Shown here piece after piece: positions 9,821-19,058 of a DNA stretch of 44,569 nt (its first letter is position 1; each line of letters opens with the position of its first letter). This stretch comes from Nocardioides sp. Lineage in GTDB: Bacteria > Actinomycetota > Actinomycetes > Propionibacteriales > Nocardioidaceae. The stretch lies in the NCBI GenBank assembly GCA_051001655.1, contig JBPCND010000116.1, positions 1 through 44,569 of the forward strand, in the 5' to 3' direction. The translations under genes were made by a program, and so were the position numbers. Below the pieces are notes generated by a model. That model saw only the letters and a program-made list of their open reading frames with translations. It did not search any database and was not told the origin of the DNA.

Positions 9821-10728
9821 CGCCTCGCTCCGTCCCGCGTCGAGGCGCCCGTCGCCTCCAGGATCACCTGCTCGAGCCCACGACGTTCCGGTCCGAGCTC
9901 GCGCACCCGGACCCCGCCGGCGACCAGCTCGGCGTTGAGCCCTGCCGGGTCCTGGGCACTCATCACCAGTCGCTCCCCGTCCCGGTCCTCGACCTGGCCG
10001 TTCCGGAGCTCGATGACCAGGTCGGCATCCGGGGTGACGAGGACGACGCGCCCGGTCACCGCACGCAGGACCGACAGCTCTTCCTGCAGCACGAGCCGCC
10101 CTCGGTCGAGGACACCGACCCGGGTGCAGGTCTGCTCGACCTCGGCCAGCAGGTGGCTGGAGAGGAAGATCGTCGTACCCCCGCCGTGAAGTCGCAGGAG
10201 GAGCTCGCGCATCTCCCGGATGCCCTGGGGGTCGAGCCCGTTCGTCGGTTCGTCGAGCACTAGAAGGCGTGGTGCGCGCAGAAGTGCGGCCGCCAGACCC
10301 AGCCGTTGGCGCATGCCCATCGAGTAGGTCCGCACCGAACGGTCCGCTGCCTCGGAGAGCCCGACCTCCTCGAGCACGTCCGCAACCCGGTCACGGCGAC
10401 GTCGCGACGGGCCGACCTGGACGCCCATCGCGTCGAAGAGGCCCAGGTTGACCCGTCCTGAGAGATGGGAGTACGCCGCCGGGCCCTCCACAAGCGCTCC
10501 CACCTGAGGAAGCACCATCCGAGCCGCGTGGGGCATCGGCTCGCCCAACACCCGGGCCTCCCCCGAGGTCGCGAGCACCAGACCGAGCAGGATCCGCACC
10601 GTCGTGGTCTTTCCCGAGCCGTTGGCGCCCAGGAAGCCGTAGATGTCTCCTTCGCGGACGTCGAGGTCGACACCGTTGACAGCCAACACCGGACCGAACT
10701 GCTTGGTCAGCCCTCTGGTGCTGATCAC
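9817..10728 (-). CDS. ABC transporter ATP-binding protein
   Basis: GANGSGKTT, YSMGMRQR, LVLDEPTNGLD, SSHLL. GTG 10728 overlaps the upstream stop. Confidence 0.92.
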   Translation of the reverse strand: MISTRGLTKQFGPVLAVNGVDLDVREGDIYGFLGANGSGKTTTVRILLGLVLATSGEARVLGEPMPHAARMVLPQVGALVEGPAAYSHLSGRVNLGLFDAMGVQVGPSRRRRDRVADVLEEVGLSEAADRSVRTYSMGMRQRLGLAAALLRAPRLLVLDEPTNGLDPQGIREMRELLLRLHGGGTTIFLSSHLLAEVEQTCTRVGVLDRGRLVLQEELSVLRAVTGRVVLVTPDADLVIELRNGQVEDRDGERLVMSAQDPAGLNAELVAGGVRVRELGPERRGLEQVILEATGASTRDGARR

Positions 10729-11819
10729 CGGGTCTCGACGCCCGCGGCCGGAACGAGCTGGCCGGCGGCGGCGCGGAGGCCGTTGTGCGTCACGGTCCCC
10801 GCCAGGAGCCACGAGGTCCCGGCGGCGTCGCGAGTCGTGAGAAGCAGCCCCAGCGGCGCAGCGGAGACCAGGATGCCCTCGTTGACCCGCACGGCACCGG
10901 GCCGTTCCTCCAGCTGCTCGCAGAGGTCCTCGGCCGTGCGGGAGTCCAACGGGATCGCCAGCAGGACCGTGGGACCGCGGCCGAAGACTCCGACCGGCGA
11001 GGTGGTCGCTCCTCGGGCCGGTAGCCCAGCGAGCTGGGTCGGAGGTGTCGCGTCGGAGAAGCGGTCGACCGCCGCAGCGAGGTCCACGTCGGCGTCGAAG
11101 CGCAGATTCGCGTCCGGCGGAGGCGTGAAGGCCAGGTCCGTGTCATCGGGCGCGTCGATCTCGAGATCCTCGAACGTGCTGGACAGCGCCGGCGTGGTCG
11201 TGCCTTTGGCGAAGATCTCGACCGTCAGTGGCAGACCGGACCCCCCGTCGACGTACACGTCCACCCGGCCGACTGAGCTGCGGGGGGTGTTCGGGACCAG
11301 TCTCAGCCCGAGTGCGTCGTGTCCTGCGACACGGCGCGACGGCAGCCGGGTCAGCTCGTCCGGCCGGGCCTGCGCCAGTGCCCACCGGGCGAGCTCGGGC
11401 GGCAGCAGGTCCCGGGTGTCGGGAAGTCGCACCGTTGCGTCCGGGATCAGGGTCGCGTTCTTGGACTCATAGACCCAGCGCACCATGCGGTCGCCGTCAT
11501 GGACCAGGTCGGTCTCACCCGTGGGACGAAGGGTGGCGACCCGCCATACCGCCGGGTCCTGCCACCACACCCTGACCCGGTTGGTCGTCCCGAGCAACTT
11601 GGCGAGCCCGGACAGCTGCTCGGCATCGGGAAAGGCGACGGTGCCTCTGGTCCGGACGAGTCCGGTGTAGGACAACGACCGGGCTTCGACGATGCGCTGG
11701 AGGAGAGCGCCGGCGGGGACGTCCGACGACGGCACCGGCCGCGCACGCACCAGCATCGGCGTCGCCACGAGGAGCAGCGAACCGATGAGCACACACCACC
11801 AGCGCAGGGCAGCCGTCAT
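10725..11819 (-). CDS. Secreted LolA/RseB(MucB)-like protein
   Basis: Signal/TM N-terminus, RVRVWW..WRVA, VYVDGGSGLPLTVEI, FTPPPDA. First gene of the ABC operon. Confidence 0.7.
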   Translation of the reverse strand: MTAALRWWCVLIGSLLLVATPMLVRARPVPSSDVPAGALLQRIVEARSLSYTGLVRTRGTVAFPDAEQLSGLAKLLGTTNRVRVWWQDPAVWRVATLRPTGETDLVHDGDRMVRWVYESKNATLIPDATVRLPDTRDLLPPELARWALAQARPDELTRLPSRRVAGHDALGLRLVPNTPRSSVGRVDVYVDGGSGLPLTVEIFAKGTTTPALSSTFEDLEIDAPDDTDLAFTPPPDANLRFDADVDLAAAVDRFSDATPPTQLAGLPARGATTSPVGVFGRGPTVLLAIPLDSRTAEDLCEQLEERPGAVRVNEGILVSAAPLGLLLTTRDAAGTSWLLAGTVTHNGLRAAAGQLVPAAGVETR

Positions 11820-11844
11820 GGAGCCACCGTACGTCGCTGGCACC

Positions 11845-12258
11845 TCAGGCTTCGACGGTGGAACCGTCCTGGACGTTCTCGCGCACCCAGTCGACGATCG
11901 AGGTGGTCGTCGCTCCGGGAGTGAACACCTCGGCCACCCCGATCTCGCGAAGCAGCGGGATATCGTCCTGCGGGATGATGCCGCCACCGATCACCACGAT
12001 GTCGCGGGCGTCGCGAGCGTCGAGCAGCTGGATCAGCTTCTTGAAGATGGTCATGTGTGCCCCGGAGAGCACCGACAACCCGATGACGTCGGCGTCCTCC
12101 TGGAGAGCGGTCTCGACGATCTGCTCGGGAGTCTGATGCAACCCCGTGTAGATCACCTCGTGCCCGGCGTCGCGCAGCGCGCGGGCGATCACCTTGGCAC
12201 CGCGGTCGTGCCCGTCGAGCCCGGGCTTGGCCACCACGATCCGGATCCGAGCCACCAT
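11845..12258 (-). CDS. Cobalamin-binding small subunit of acyl-CoA mutase (methylmalonyl-/isobutyryl-CoA mutase)
   Basis: [11 protein letters not shown] (DxHxxG), [18 protein letters not shown] motifs. Confidence 0.93.
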   Translation of the reverse strand: MVARIRIVVAKPGLDGHDRGAKVIARALRDAGHEVIYTGLHQTPEQIVETALQEDADVIGLSVLSGAHMTIFKKLIQLLDARDARDIVVIGGGIIPQDDIPLLREIGVAEVFTPGATTTSIVDWVRENVQDGSTVEA

Positions 12259-12360
12259 GAACACCCACCGCCCTTCTCGCCAATGCCTCATCGCAGCCTA
12301 GCCGAGACACTCGCACCGGTAAGGATTGACGCTTCACCCGGGAAAGACTGGCGACACTCG

Positions 12361-12635
12361 GGCTCTTGTGCTGGATGTGTGGGTCAGTTCGTCCGGGCAA
12401 GTGTCAGGCAGGGCGGGTCGGTGGCCTTCGATGCTGAGCATGAGGAGGGCGATGAGGGCGTCGGGGTCTGTTAACCCGAAGGCCATCGGGGGTGCGGACC
12501 CTGATCTTGGTGTTGACGGGTTGGGTGCGTCCGTTGGAGTCCGTGCTCGAGGACGATCAGGATCGCCGCGTCGTTGTCCGGCAACGGTGCGGGCGAGCTC
12601 GACGAATGCTGGGATGCGGCAGTGGCTGGCTGATG
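12361..12635 (-). mobile_element. ISL3-family insertion sequence remnant (transposase C-terminus plus right end)
   Basis: Frameshifted pieces CRIPAFVELART / EHG.SNGRTQPVNTKIR / MAFGLTDPDALIALLMLSIEGHRPALP match the ISL3 transposase C-terminus. The element ends in GGCTCT (12361), the typical ISL3 terminus. Confidence 0.8.
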
Positions 12636-12729
12636 CAGGGGACCCCAGGCGGACCCTAGGCGGACAGAGGGTGGAGGTTCGGTTACTGTTTGCCTTTGTG
12701 TGTCCCCGACTCCGAAGGACTTCCACCGC

Positions 12730-13632
12730 GTGACATCTCACCGAGCGCAGAGGTCTGTGCACTCTCGCCGGACCACGAGTGACGGCTCGCGCAACGTCGA
12801 TTCGGGTGCGTCCACCGGGGGCAGACGCAAGGCGGTCCGCGTCGGCGTACGCCACACAGGTGGCCGCAAGAAGCTCTTCCCGGGGCTGCCTTCGGTCCCA
12901 TCGCTGGTGGGTGCCGCTGCCCTCGCTCTTGCCGCCGTGGGTGCGACGATCAGTCAGCCGGAGGTCGCCCCGGTCGTGCCGGCGGCGACTGACTTCCCCA
13001 AGTTCGCCCACCAGGCGAGTGTGCTCAACGCGGCCACGTCGATGGGTTCCGGCAGCGCCCTGACCGGTCGGGCCCGCGCCGTGAGCCGCGACTCGCAACG
13101 CGAGGCCGTGCAGGACGCGGCTGACGCCGAGCTCCAGGCACAGGCGGAGTCGCAGGCCAAGGAACGGAACGCCGCACTCCGCGCACTCGCGGTGAGCGCC
13201 GAGCAGTACGCCGACCAGATCGCGCAGAGCCTGTGGCAGCTCCCGCTCCCTGCAGGCAGCTACCGCCTCAGCTCCCGTTTCGGTGAGTGCTCCTACCTCT
13301 GGGCCAACTGCCACACCGGCCTGGACTTCGCCGCCCCGTCCGGCAGCCAGATCTACAACGTTGCCTACGGTGTGGTCACCGAGGTCGGCTATGCGGGTTC
13401 CTACGGCAACCGCACGATCGTCACTCTCCCAGACGGCACGGAGATGTGGTACTGCCACCAGACCAGCTTCGCGGCCTCGGTCGGTGAGACGGTCGTCGCC
13501 GGCGATCACATCGGGTACGTCGGCTCGACGGGTAACTCGACCGGGCCACATCTGCACCTCGAGGTTCACCCGGGAGCAGGCGACGCGGTCGACCCGATGG
13601 GCGCCGCACTGGTCCGCGGCCTGCAGTTCTGA
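12730..13632 (+). CDS. M23 family metallopeptidase (peptidoglycan endopeptidase)
   Basis: TM helix, coiled coil, HTGLD, YCHQ, GSTGNSTGPHLHLEV. GTG 12730 with GAAGGA RBS (12700 is an alternative start). Confidence 0.93.
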   Translation: MTSHRAQRSVHSRRTTSDGSRNVDSGASTGGRRKAVRVGVRHTGGRKKLFPGLPSVPSLVGAAALALAAVGATISQPEVAPVVPAATDFPKFAHQASVLNAATSMGSGSALTGRARAVSRDSQREAVQDAADAELQAQAESQAKERNAALRALAVSAEQYADQIAQSLWQLPLPAGSYRLSSRFGECSYLWANCHTGLDFAAPSGSQIYNVAYGVVTEVGYAGSYGNRTIVTLPDGTEMWYCHQTSFAASVGETVVAGDHIGYVGSTGNSTGPHLHLEVHPGAGDAVDPMGAALVRGLQF

Positions 13633-13636
13633 GCCG

Positions 13637-16075
13637 CTAGAGCTTCTCCACCGGGGCGTACCTCAGCAGCAGGCGCTTGACCCCCTGGGACCCGAAGTCG
13701 ATCGACGCCACCGCCTTGTCGCCGACCCCCTCGACGGTGACGACGCCGCCCATTCCGAACGAGTCGTGCAGCACCCGGTCCCCCGGCGACAGCGACGGCA
13801 CGTCCCGAGTGCGCGCCTTGGCATCCGCGTCGGCACGGACCGCCGCGGTGCCGAACCGGCGGGTCGCGGCGGGACCGCTCCGGGTGGGGAACGAGGTCTG
13901 CACCGGGCGGTTCCAGGAGGTCTGTGCCGCCTCGGTGCGCCGCCAGTCGACGAGGTCGACCGGAAGCTCGTCGAGGAACCGGGACGCAGGGTTGTGCGAC
14001 GGAGCACCCCAGGCCGAGCGGACGACCGCCCGCGAGACGTAGAGACGCCGCTGCGCACGGGTCAGTCCGACGTAGGCCAGCCGGCGTTCCTCTTCGAGCT
14101 CGGGCAGGTCGCCGAGCGAGCGCATGTGCGGGAAGACGCCGTCCTCGAGCCCGGTCAGGAACACGACGGGGAACTCCAGCCCCTTGGCGGTGTGCAGCGT
14201 CATCAGCGTGACCACCCCCCCGTCGGCACCGTCCTCCCCGTCCTGGTCCGGGATCTGGTCGGAGTCGGCGACCAGCGCCACCCGCTCCAGGAAGTCGCCG
14301 AGGCCGGGCGTCACCGGGTCGAGGTCGGCGGGATCTGCGGAAGGCGCCAGGACCGGCTCGTCCGCAAACTCTCGTGCGACGGCCACCAGCTCGGCCAGGT
14401 TCTCCACGCGGGTCTCGTCCTGGGGATCCTCGCTCGCCTCGAGCTCGGCGAGGTAGCCACTGCGGGTGAGCGCCTGCTCGAGGATGACGTCGGCCCGCTC
14501 GTCGGCGTCCACCATCGACTGAAGCTCCTCGACCATCTCCACGAACCCGCGGATACAGGTCAGGCTGCGGGTGGCGATGCCAGGCGCCTCCTCGGCCCGG
14601 CGCAGGGCCTCCCAGAAGGTCAGCCGCTCGCGCTGCGCCAGGGCTTCGACGCAGGCCTCCGCGCGCTCACCGATCCCGCGCCTGGGGGTGTTCAGGATCC
14701 GCCGGAGAGAGATCTCGTCGGCGGGGTTGGCGAGCATGCGCAGGTAGGCGAGCGCGTCACGGACCTCCCGGCGTTCATAGAAGCGCACCCCGCCGACCAC
14801 CTTGTAGGGCATGCCGACGCGGATGAACACCTCCTCGAAGACACGTGACTGCGCGTTGGTCCGGTAGAAGACGGCCACGTCGCTGGGCTTGGCGTCGCCC
14901 GCATCGGTGAGCCTGTCGATCTCCTCCGAGGCGAAGCGGGCCTCGTCGTGCTCGTCATCGGCGACGTAGCCGACGATGCGGTCCCCGTCGCCGGCGTCGG
15001 ACCAGAGGTTCTTCGCCTTGCGGCCCTGGTTGCGGCTGATCACCGAGTTGGCCGCCGTCAGGATCGTCTGGGTGGAGCGGTAGTTCTGCTCCAACAGGAT
15101 GGTCCGGGAGGCGGGGAAGTCGGCTTCGAACTGCAGGATGTTGCGGATGTTCGCGCCCCGGAAGGCGTAGATCGACTGGTCGGCGTCCCCCACCACCATC
15201 AGCTCCGACGGCTCGATGCCGTCACCGTCCGGCACATCGGGGTCAAGGCTGGGGCGTCCCACGTCATGCGCGCAGAGCTCGCGGACCAAGGCGTACTGCG
15301 CATGGTTGGTGTCCTGGTACTCGTCGACGAGCACGTGCCGGAACCGTCTGCGGTAGTTCTCGCGCACGTCGGGGAACGCCTGGAGCAGGTGCACCGTCGT
15401 CATGATCAGGTCGTCGAAGTCCAGCGCGTTGGCATCGCGCAGACGCTGCTGGTAGATGCCGTAGGCCTCGGCGTAGGTCTCCTCGAGGTGGTTCTTCGCG
15501 TCCTTCGCTGCGTCCTCGTGGTCGATGAGCTCGTTCTTCTGGTTCGAGACCCAGTTGAGGATCGCCCGGGGCTGGTAGCGCTTCGGGTCGAGGTCGAGGT
15601 CGCGCGCCACCAAGCTCATCAGCCGTTTGGAGTCTGCGGCATCGTAGATGGAGAACGACGACTTGTAGCCGAACCTGTCGATCTCCTTGCGGAGGATGCG
15701 GACGCAAGCGGCGTGGAAGGTCGAGACCCACATGATCCGGGCTCGCCGGCCGATGAGCTCCTCCACCCGGTCACGCATCTCGGCGGCGGCCTTGTTGGTG
15801 AAGGTGATCGCCAGGATCGACCCCGGGTGCGCCTTGCGCTCGGAGATCAGCCAGGCGATCCGTCTGGTCAGCACCCGGGTCTTGCCTGACCCGGCGCCTG
15901 CGACGACCAGGAGAGGCGGACCCGCATGCATGACCGCCTCGCGTTGCGGCTCGTTGAGCCCATCGAGGGGGACATCGGGTGTGAGGGTACGGCGGCGCGC
16001 CGCCGCCGCGACCTCGAGCTCGGAGTCGGCAGCGGGGGGAGCCGGTGCTGGGGGGATCGGGAACGACGCGCTCAT
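13637..16075 (-). CDS. pcrA: ATP-dependent DNA helicase PcrA/UvrD1
   Basis: AGAGSGKT, TFTNKAA, VDEYQD, GDADQSIY, QNYRS, TLHTAKGLEF, EERRLAYVG; C-terminal Tudor-like VLHDSFG. Confidence 0.97.
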   Translation of the reverse strand: MSASFPIPPAPAPPAADSELEVAAAARRRTLTPDVPLDGLNEPQREAVMHAGPPLLVVAGAGSGKTRVLTRRIAWLISERKAHPGSILAITFTNKAAAEMRDRVEELIGRRARIMWVSTFHAACVRILRKEIDRFGYKSSFSIYDAADSKRLMSLVARDLDLDPKRYQPRAILNWVSNQKNELIDHEDAAKDAKNHLEETYAEAYGIYQQRLRDANALDFDDLIMTTVHLLQAFPDVRENYRRRFRHVLVDEYQDTNHAQYALVRELCAHDVGRPSLDPDVPDGDGIEPSELMVVGDADQSIYAFRGANIRNILQFEADFPASRTILLEQNYRSTQTILTAANSVISRNQGRKAKNLWSDAGDGDRIVGYVADDEHDEARFASEEIDRLTDAGDAKPSDVAVFYRTNAQSRVFEEVFIRVGMPYKVVGGVRFYERREVRDALAYLRMLANPADEISLRRILNTPRRGIGERAEACVEALAQRERLTFWEALRRAEEAPGIATRSLTCIRGFVEMVEELQSMVDADERADVILEQALTRSGYLAELEASEDPQDETRVENLAELVAVAREFADEPVLAPSADPADLDPVTPGLGDFLERVALVADSDQIPDQDGEDGADGGVVTLMTLHTAKGLEFPVVFLTGLEDGVFPHMRSLGDLPELEEERRLAYVGLTRAQRRLYVSRAVVRSAWGAPSHNPASRFLDELPVDLVDWRRTEAAQTSWNRPVQTSFPTRSGPAATRRFGTAAVRADADAKARTRDVPSLSPGDRVLHDSFGMGGVVTVEGVGDKAVASIDFGSQGVKRLLLRYAPVEKL

Positions 16076-16084
16076 GTCCTGCTC

Positions 16085-16106
16085 AGCCTACGTCTCGGGA
16101 CGGACA
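16085..16106 (-). promoter_or_regulatory. PafBC (RecA-NDp)-type promoter of pcrA
   Basis: Minus strand reads TGTCCG-N10-TAGGCT versus consensus TGTCGG-N10-TA-N3-T (one mismatch), 9 bp before the ATG. Confidence 0.65.
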
Positions 16107-16134
16107 CCCGCCGTGACGCGCAGCCGCCCGCCCC

Positions 16135-16155
16135 GTACCCGCGGTTCACGGGTAC
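16135..16155. other. Inverted repeat/hairpin between zwf and pcrA
   Basis: GTACCCG-cggttca-CGGGTAC (9-bp stem with one G-U pair on the minus strand). No U-tract; function unknown. Confidence 0.35.
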
Positions 16156-16269
16156 ATCCCCGGCACCACACGCCGGAGAACTACCCTCTTGCGGCGGCAC
16201 CTGCAACCTCAGGACCCCGGATCCCGTTGCGCATGCGGGTCGCCATGAGGGGGCCGGCGCGCCGGCGGC

Positions 16270-17745
16270 TCACTCGGCCAGGGGATCGGGGCGGCGCCAA
16301 GCTCGCTCGAACGGCAGCCGCCAGGCGTGCGGTGCGATGATCTGGTGGATCGCGTTGGGACCCCACGTCCCCGGCTGGTAGATCCGGACCGGCGGTGGGT
16401 TGGCGAGCAGTGGGCGGGAGAGCTCCCACAGGGACTCGATGCCCTCGGCCTTGGTGAACAGGGTGTGGTCCCCGCGCATCGCGTCGTGGATCAGCCGCTC
16501 GTAGGCCTCGAGCCCCGCACCGGCGTACGACGACTCGTGCAACGCGAACTGCATGCTGAGCTTGTCCAGCTTGAAGCCTGGTCCGGGTCTCTTGCCGTAG
16601 AAGGACAACGACATCCTCGACGAGTCGGCGAGGTCGAAGGTCAGGTGGTCGGGACCCAGCGCGCCCACGCCCGAACCCGGAGGGAACATCGTCCGGGGAG
16701 GTTCCTTGAAGGCGATCGAGATGATCCGCGCGCTCTCGGCCAGCTTCTTTCCGGTGCGCAGGAAGAACGGCACCCCGGCCCAGCGCCAGTTGTCGATCTC
16801 CGCCCGCAGCGCCACGAACGTCTCGGTGTCGGAGTCGACGGAGACATCATCGCGTTCCCGGTAGCCGCCGAACTGCCCGCGGATGACGTGGCGAGGTTCG
16901 ATCGGACGCATGGACCTGAAGACCTTGTTCTTCTCCTCACCGATCGGGCCCGGCTCCAGAGAGGTCGGTGACTCCATCGCCATGAACGCCAGCACCTGGA
17001 AAAGGTGGGTCACGACCATGTCCTTGTACGCGCCGGTCGCCTCGTAGAACGACTCGCGGCCCTCGAGGCCGAGCGTCTCCGGCACGTCGATCTGCACGTG
17101 GTCGATGTGGTTGCGGTTCCAGATCGGCTCGAAGAGACCGTTGGCGAAGCGGAACGCCAGGATGTTCTGCGCCGCCTCCTTGCCGAGGAAATGGTCGATC
17201 CGGAAGATCTGCTCTTCGGCGAAAACCTGGTGCAGCTCGTGGTTGAGCTTGCGAGCGGACTCGAGGTCGGTGCCGAAAGGCTTCTCCATGATGATCCGGG
17301 CCCGCTCGACGAGGCCGGCCTCCTGCAGCGAGAGCACTGCCGGCAGCGCTGCGCTGGGAGGCACGCTCAGGTAGTGCAGATAGCACACCGGTCCGCCGCT
17401 GGTTTCGGCCGACAGCGTGTGCTCGGCTTCGGCTACTGCGTCGGCGAGCGCCTGCGGCCCCTTGCCGCTCGGCACGTAGGTGAGCCGGGACGCGAACTCA
17501 CGCCAGGCTGCGTCGTCCACCTTGCGGTTGCTGTCGACCTGGCAGGCCTGGCGGGCCATCTCGACGAACTCGTCAGGCGTCAGGTCGTCGAGCGACGTGC
17601 CGACGATCCTGGTGTCTGCCGCCAGCCCGGCCCGGAACAGGTGCAACAGGCCTGGCAGCAGCTTGCGTCTGGCCAGGTCACCGGTCGCACCGATGAGCAC
17701 GATGACGTGCGGATCGGCGATTTCGTCAGTGGATAAGGCGGGCAT
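16270..17745 (-). CDS. zwf: Glucose-6-phosphate 1-dehydrogenase
   Basis: GATGDLARRKL, EKPFG, RIDHFLGKE, DMVVTHL, RWAGVPFFLRTGK, AYERLI. Confidence 0.96.
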   Translation of the reverse strand: MPALSTDEIADPHVIVLIGATGDLARRKLLPGLLHLFRAGLAADTRIVGTSLDDLTPDEFVEMARQACQVDSNRKVDDAAWREFASRLTYVPSGKGPQALADAVAEAEHTLSAETSGGPVCYLHYLSVPPSAALPAVLSLQEAGLVERARIIMEKPFGTDLESARKLNHELHQVFAEEQIFRIDHFLGKEAAQNILAFRFANGLFEPIWNRNHIDHVQIDVPETLGLEGRESFYEATGAYKDMVVTHLFQVLAFMAMESPTSLEPGPIGEEKNKVFRSMRPIEPRHVIRGQFGGYRERDDVSVDSDTETFVALRAEIDNWRWAGVPFFLRTGKKLAESARIISIAFKEPPRTMFPPGSGVGALGPDHLTFDLADSSRMSLSFYGKRPGPGFKLDKLSMQFALHESSYAGAGLEAYERLIHDAMRGDHTLFTKAEGIESLWELSRPLLANPPPVRIYQPGTWGPNAIHQIIAPHAWRLPFERAWRRPDPLAE

Positions 17746-17828
17746 GACTGTGACGTTACGCCGCTCGGTCGCCGCTCCATAGACTCGAGGCGACCACGTG
17801 TGCCGGCGAGCTCGACGAGGAGACCCGA

Positions 17829-19025
17829 ATGAGGCTGGAGCTGTCGGCGGCGGACGCCACGTTCCGCGAGGAGATGCGCGCCTTCTTCACCACGGAGGTC
17901 CCGCAGGTGATTCGGGACACTGTGGCCGCCGGCCGTGAGCTCAGCAAGGAGCAGATCGTCGCGAGTCAGCAGACGCTGAACGCCGCAGGTCTGGCCGTCC
18001 CCGGGTGGCCGGTCGAGTGGGGCGGCCGCGGCTGGACCTCACTCCAGCGCCACATCTGGCACGAGGAGATGCAGCGCGCCTGCGTCCCGCTCCCGCTGGC
18101 CTTCAATGTCTCCATGGTCGGGCCGGTGATCGCCACCTTCGGCAGCGAGGAGCAGAAGCAGCGGTTCCTTCCGCCGACGGCCAACCTCGACATCTGGTGG
18201 TCCCAGGGCTTCTCCGAGCCCGATGCCGGCTCCGATCTCGCGTCGCTGCGGACGACCGCGGTGCGAGACCCCTCGACCGGCTCAGGACAGGCGGCTGACT
18301 TCGTGGTCAACGGCCAGAAGACGTGGACGACCCTGGGCCAGCACGGTGACTGGATCTTCAACCTCGTGCGCACCGATGCCGATGCTCCCAGGCGACAGCG
18401 TGGCATCTCGTTCCTGCTGATCGACATGAGGAGCCCGGGGGTCACCGTCCGGCCGATCGAGCTCATCGACGGCGGTCACGAGGTCAACGAGGTCTTCTTC
18501 GAGAACGTCCACGTGCCGGCGGAGAACCTGGTCGGCGAGGAGAACAAGGGCTGGGACTACGCCAAGTTCCTGCTCGGCAACGAGCGGGTCGGAGTCGCGC
18601 CGGTGGGCTCCACCAAGCGCGTCCTGTGCACCGCCAAGGAGCACGCTCGCACGGCGGGCCCGGGCGGATCGTCGCTGCTGGAGGACCCGTTGGTCGCAGC
18701 CCGGATCGCCGAGCTCGAGAACGGGCTCCTTGCCCTCGAGCTCACCGCCCTGCGGGTGGTGGCGAACTCGGCGGACGGCAAGGCACACCCGGCTTCGTCG
18801 GTGCTCAAGCTCAGGGGGACCGAGCTCCAGCAGGCTGTCAGCGAGCTCGTCGTCGACCTCGGCGGCCCGGCATCACTGGCCTCGGGCGCCGGTGAGGGCT
18901 CCGACCTCGCGGAGTGGTCGCGGCGCTCGACGCCGGCGTACCTGAACCTACGCAAGGCCTCGATCTACGGCGGGTCCAACGAGATCCAGCGCCTGATCAT
19001 CGCCGGCACCATCCTGGGCCTCTGA
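17829..19025 (+). CDS. Acyl-CoA dehydrogenase (alpha subunit of probable heteromer)
   Basis: WSQGFSEPDAGSDLASLRT, NGQKTWT, NEVFF, SIYGGSNEIQR. Confidence 0.93.
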   Translation: MRLELSAADATFREEMRAFFTTEVPQVIRDTVAAGRELSKEQIVASQQTLNAAGLAVPGWPVEWGGRGWTSLQRHIWHEEMQRACVPLPLAFNVSMVGPVIATFGSEEQKQRFLPPTANLDIWWSQGFSEPDAGSDLASLRTTAVRDPSTGSGQAADFVVNGQKTWTTLGQHGDWIFNLVRTDADAPRRQRGISFLLIDMRSPGVTVRPIELIDGGHEVNEVFFENVHVPAENLVGEENKGWDYAKFLLGNERVGVAPVGSTKRVLCTAKEHARTAGPGGSSLLEDPLVAARIAELENGLLALELTALRVVANSADGKAHPASSVLKLRGTELQQAVSELVVDLGGPASLASGAGEGSDLAEWSRRSTPAYLNLRKASIYGGSNEIQRLIIAGTILGL

Positions 19026-19058
19026 CCGGCCCGGCGAGAGTCTCCGAGAGGATTCGAC

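Noticed and set aside
11845-12258. Stand-alone B12-binding domain as a novel or broken gene
   Set aside because: Split acyl-CoA mutase small subunits near pcrA/sucCD are ordinary in Actinobacteria.
12306-12360. 8-bp direct repeat GACACTCG as ISL3 target-site duplication
   Set aside because: Both copies lie on the same side of the element, so they cannot be a flanking duplication.
12640-12730. c-di-AMP (ydaO) riboswitch upstream of the M23 peptidase
   Set aside because: Conserved riboswitch motifs are not recognisable and the space is short because of the IS remnant.
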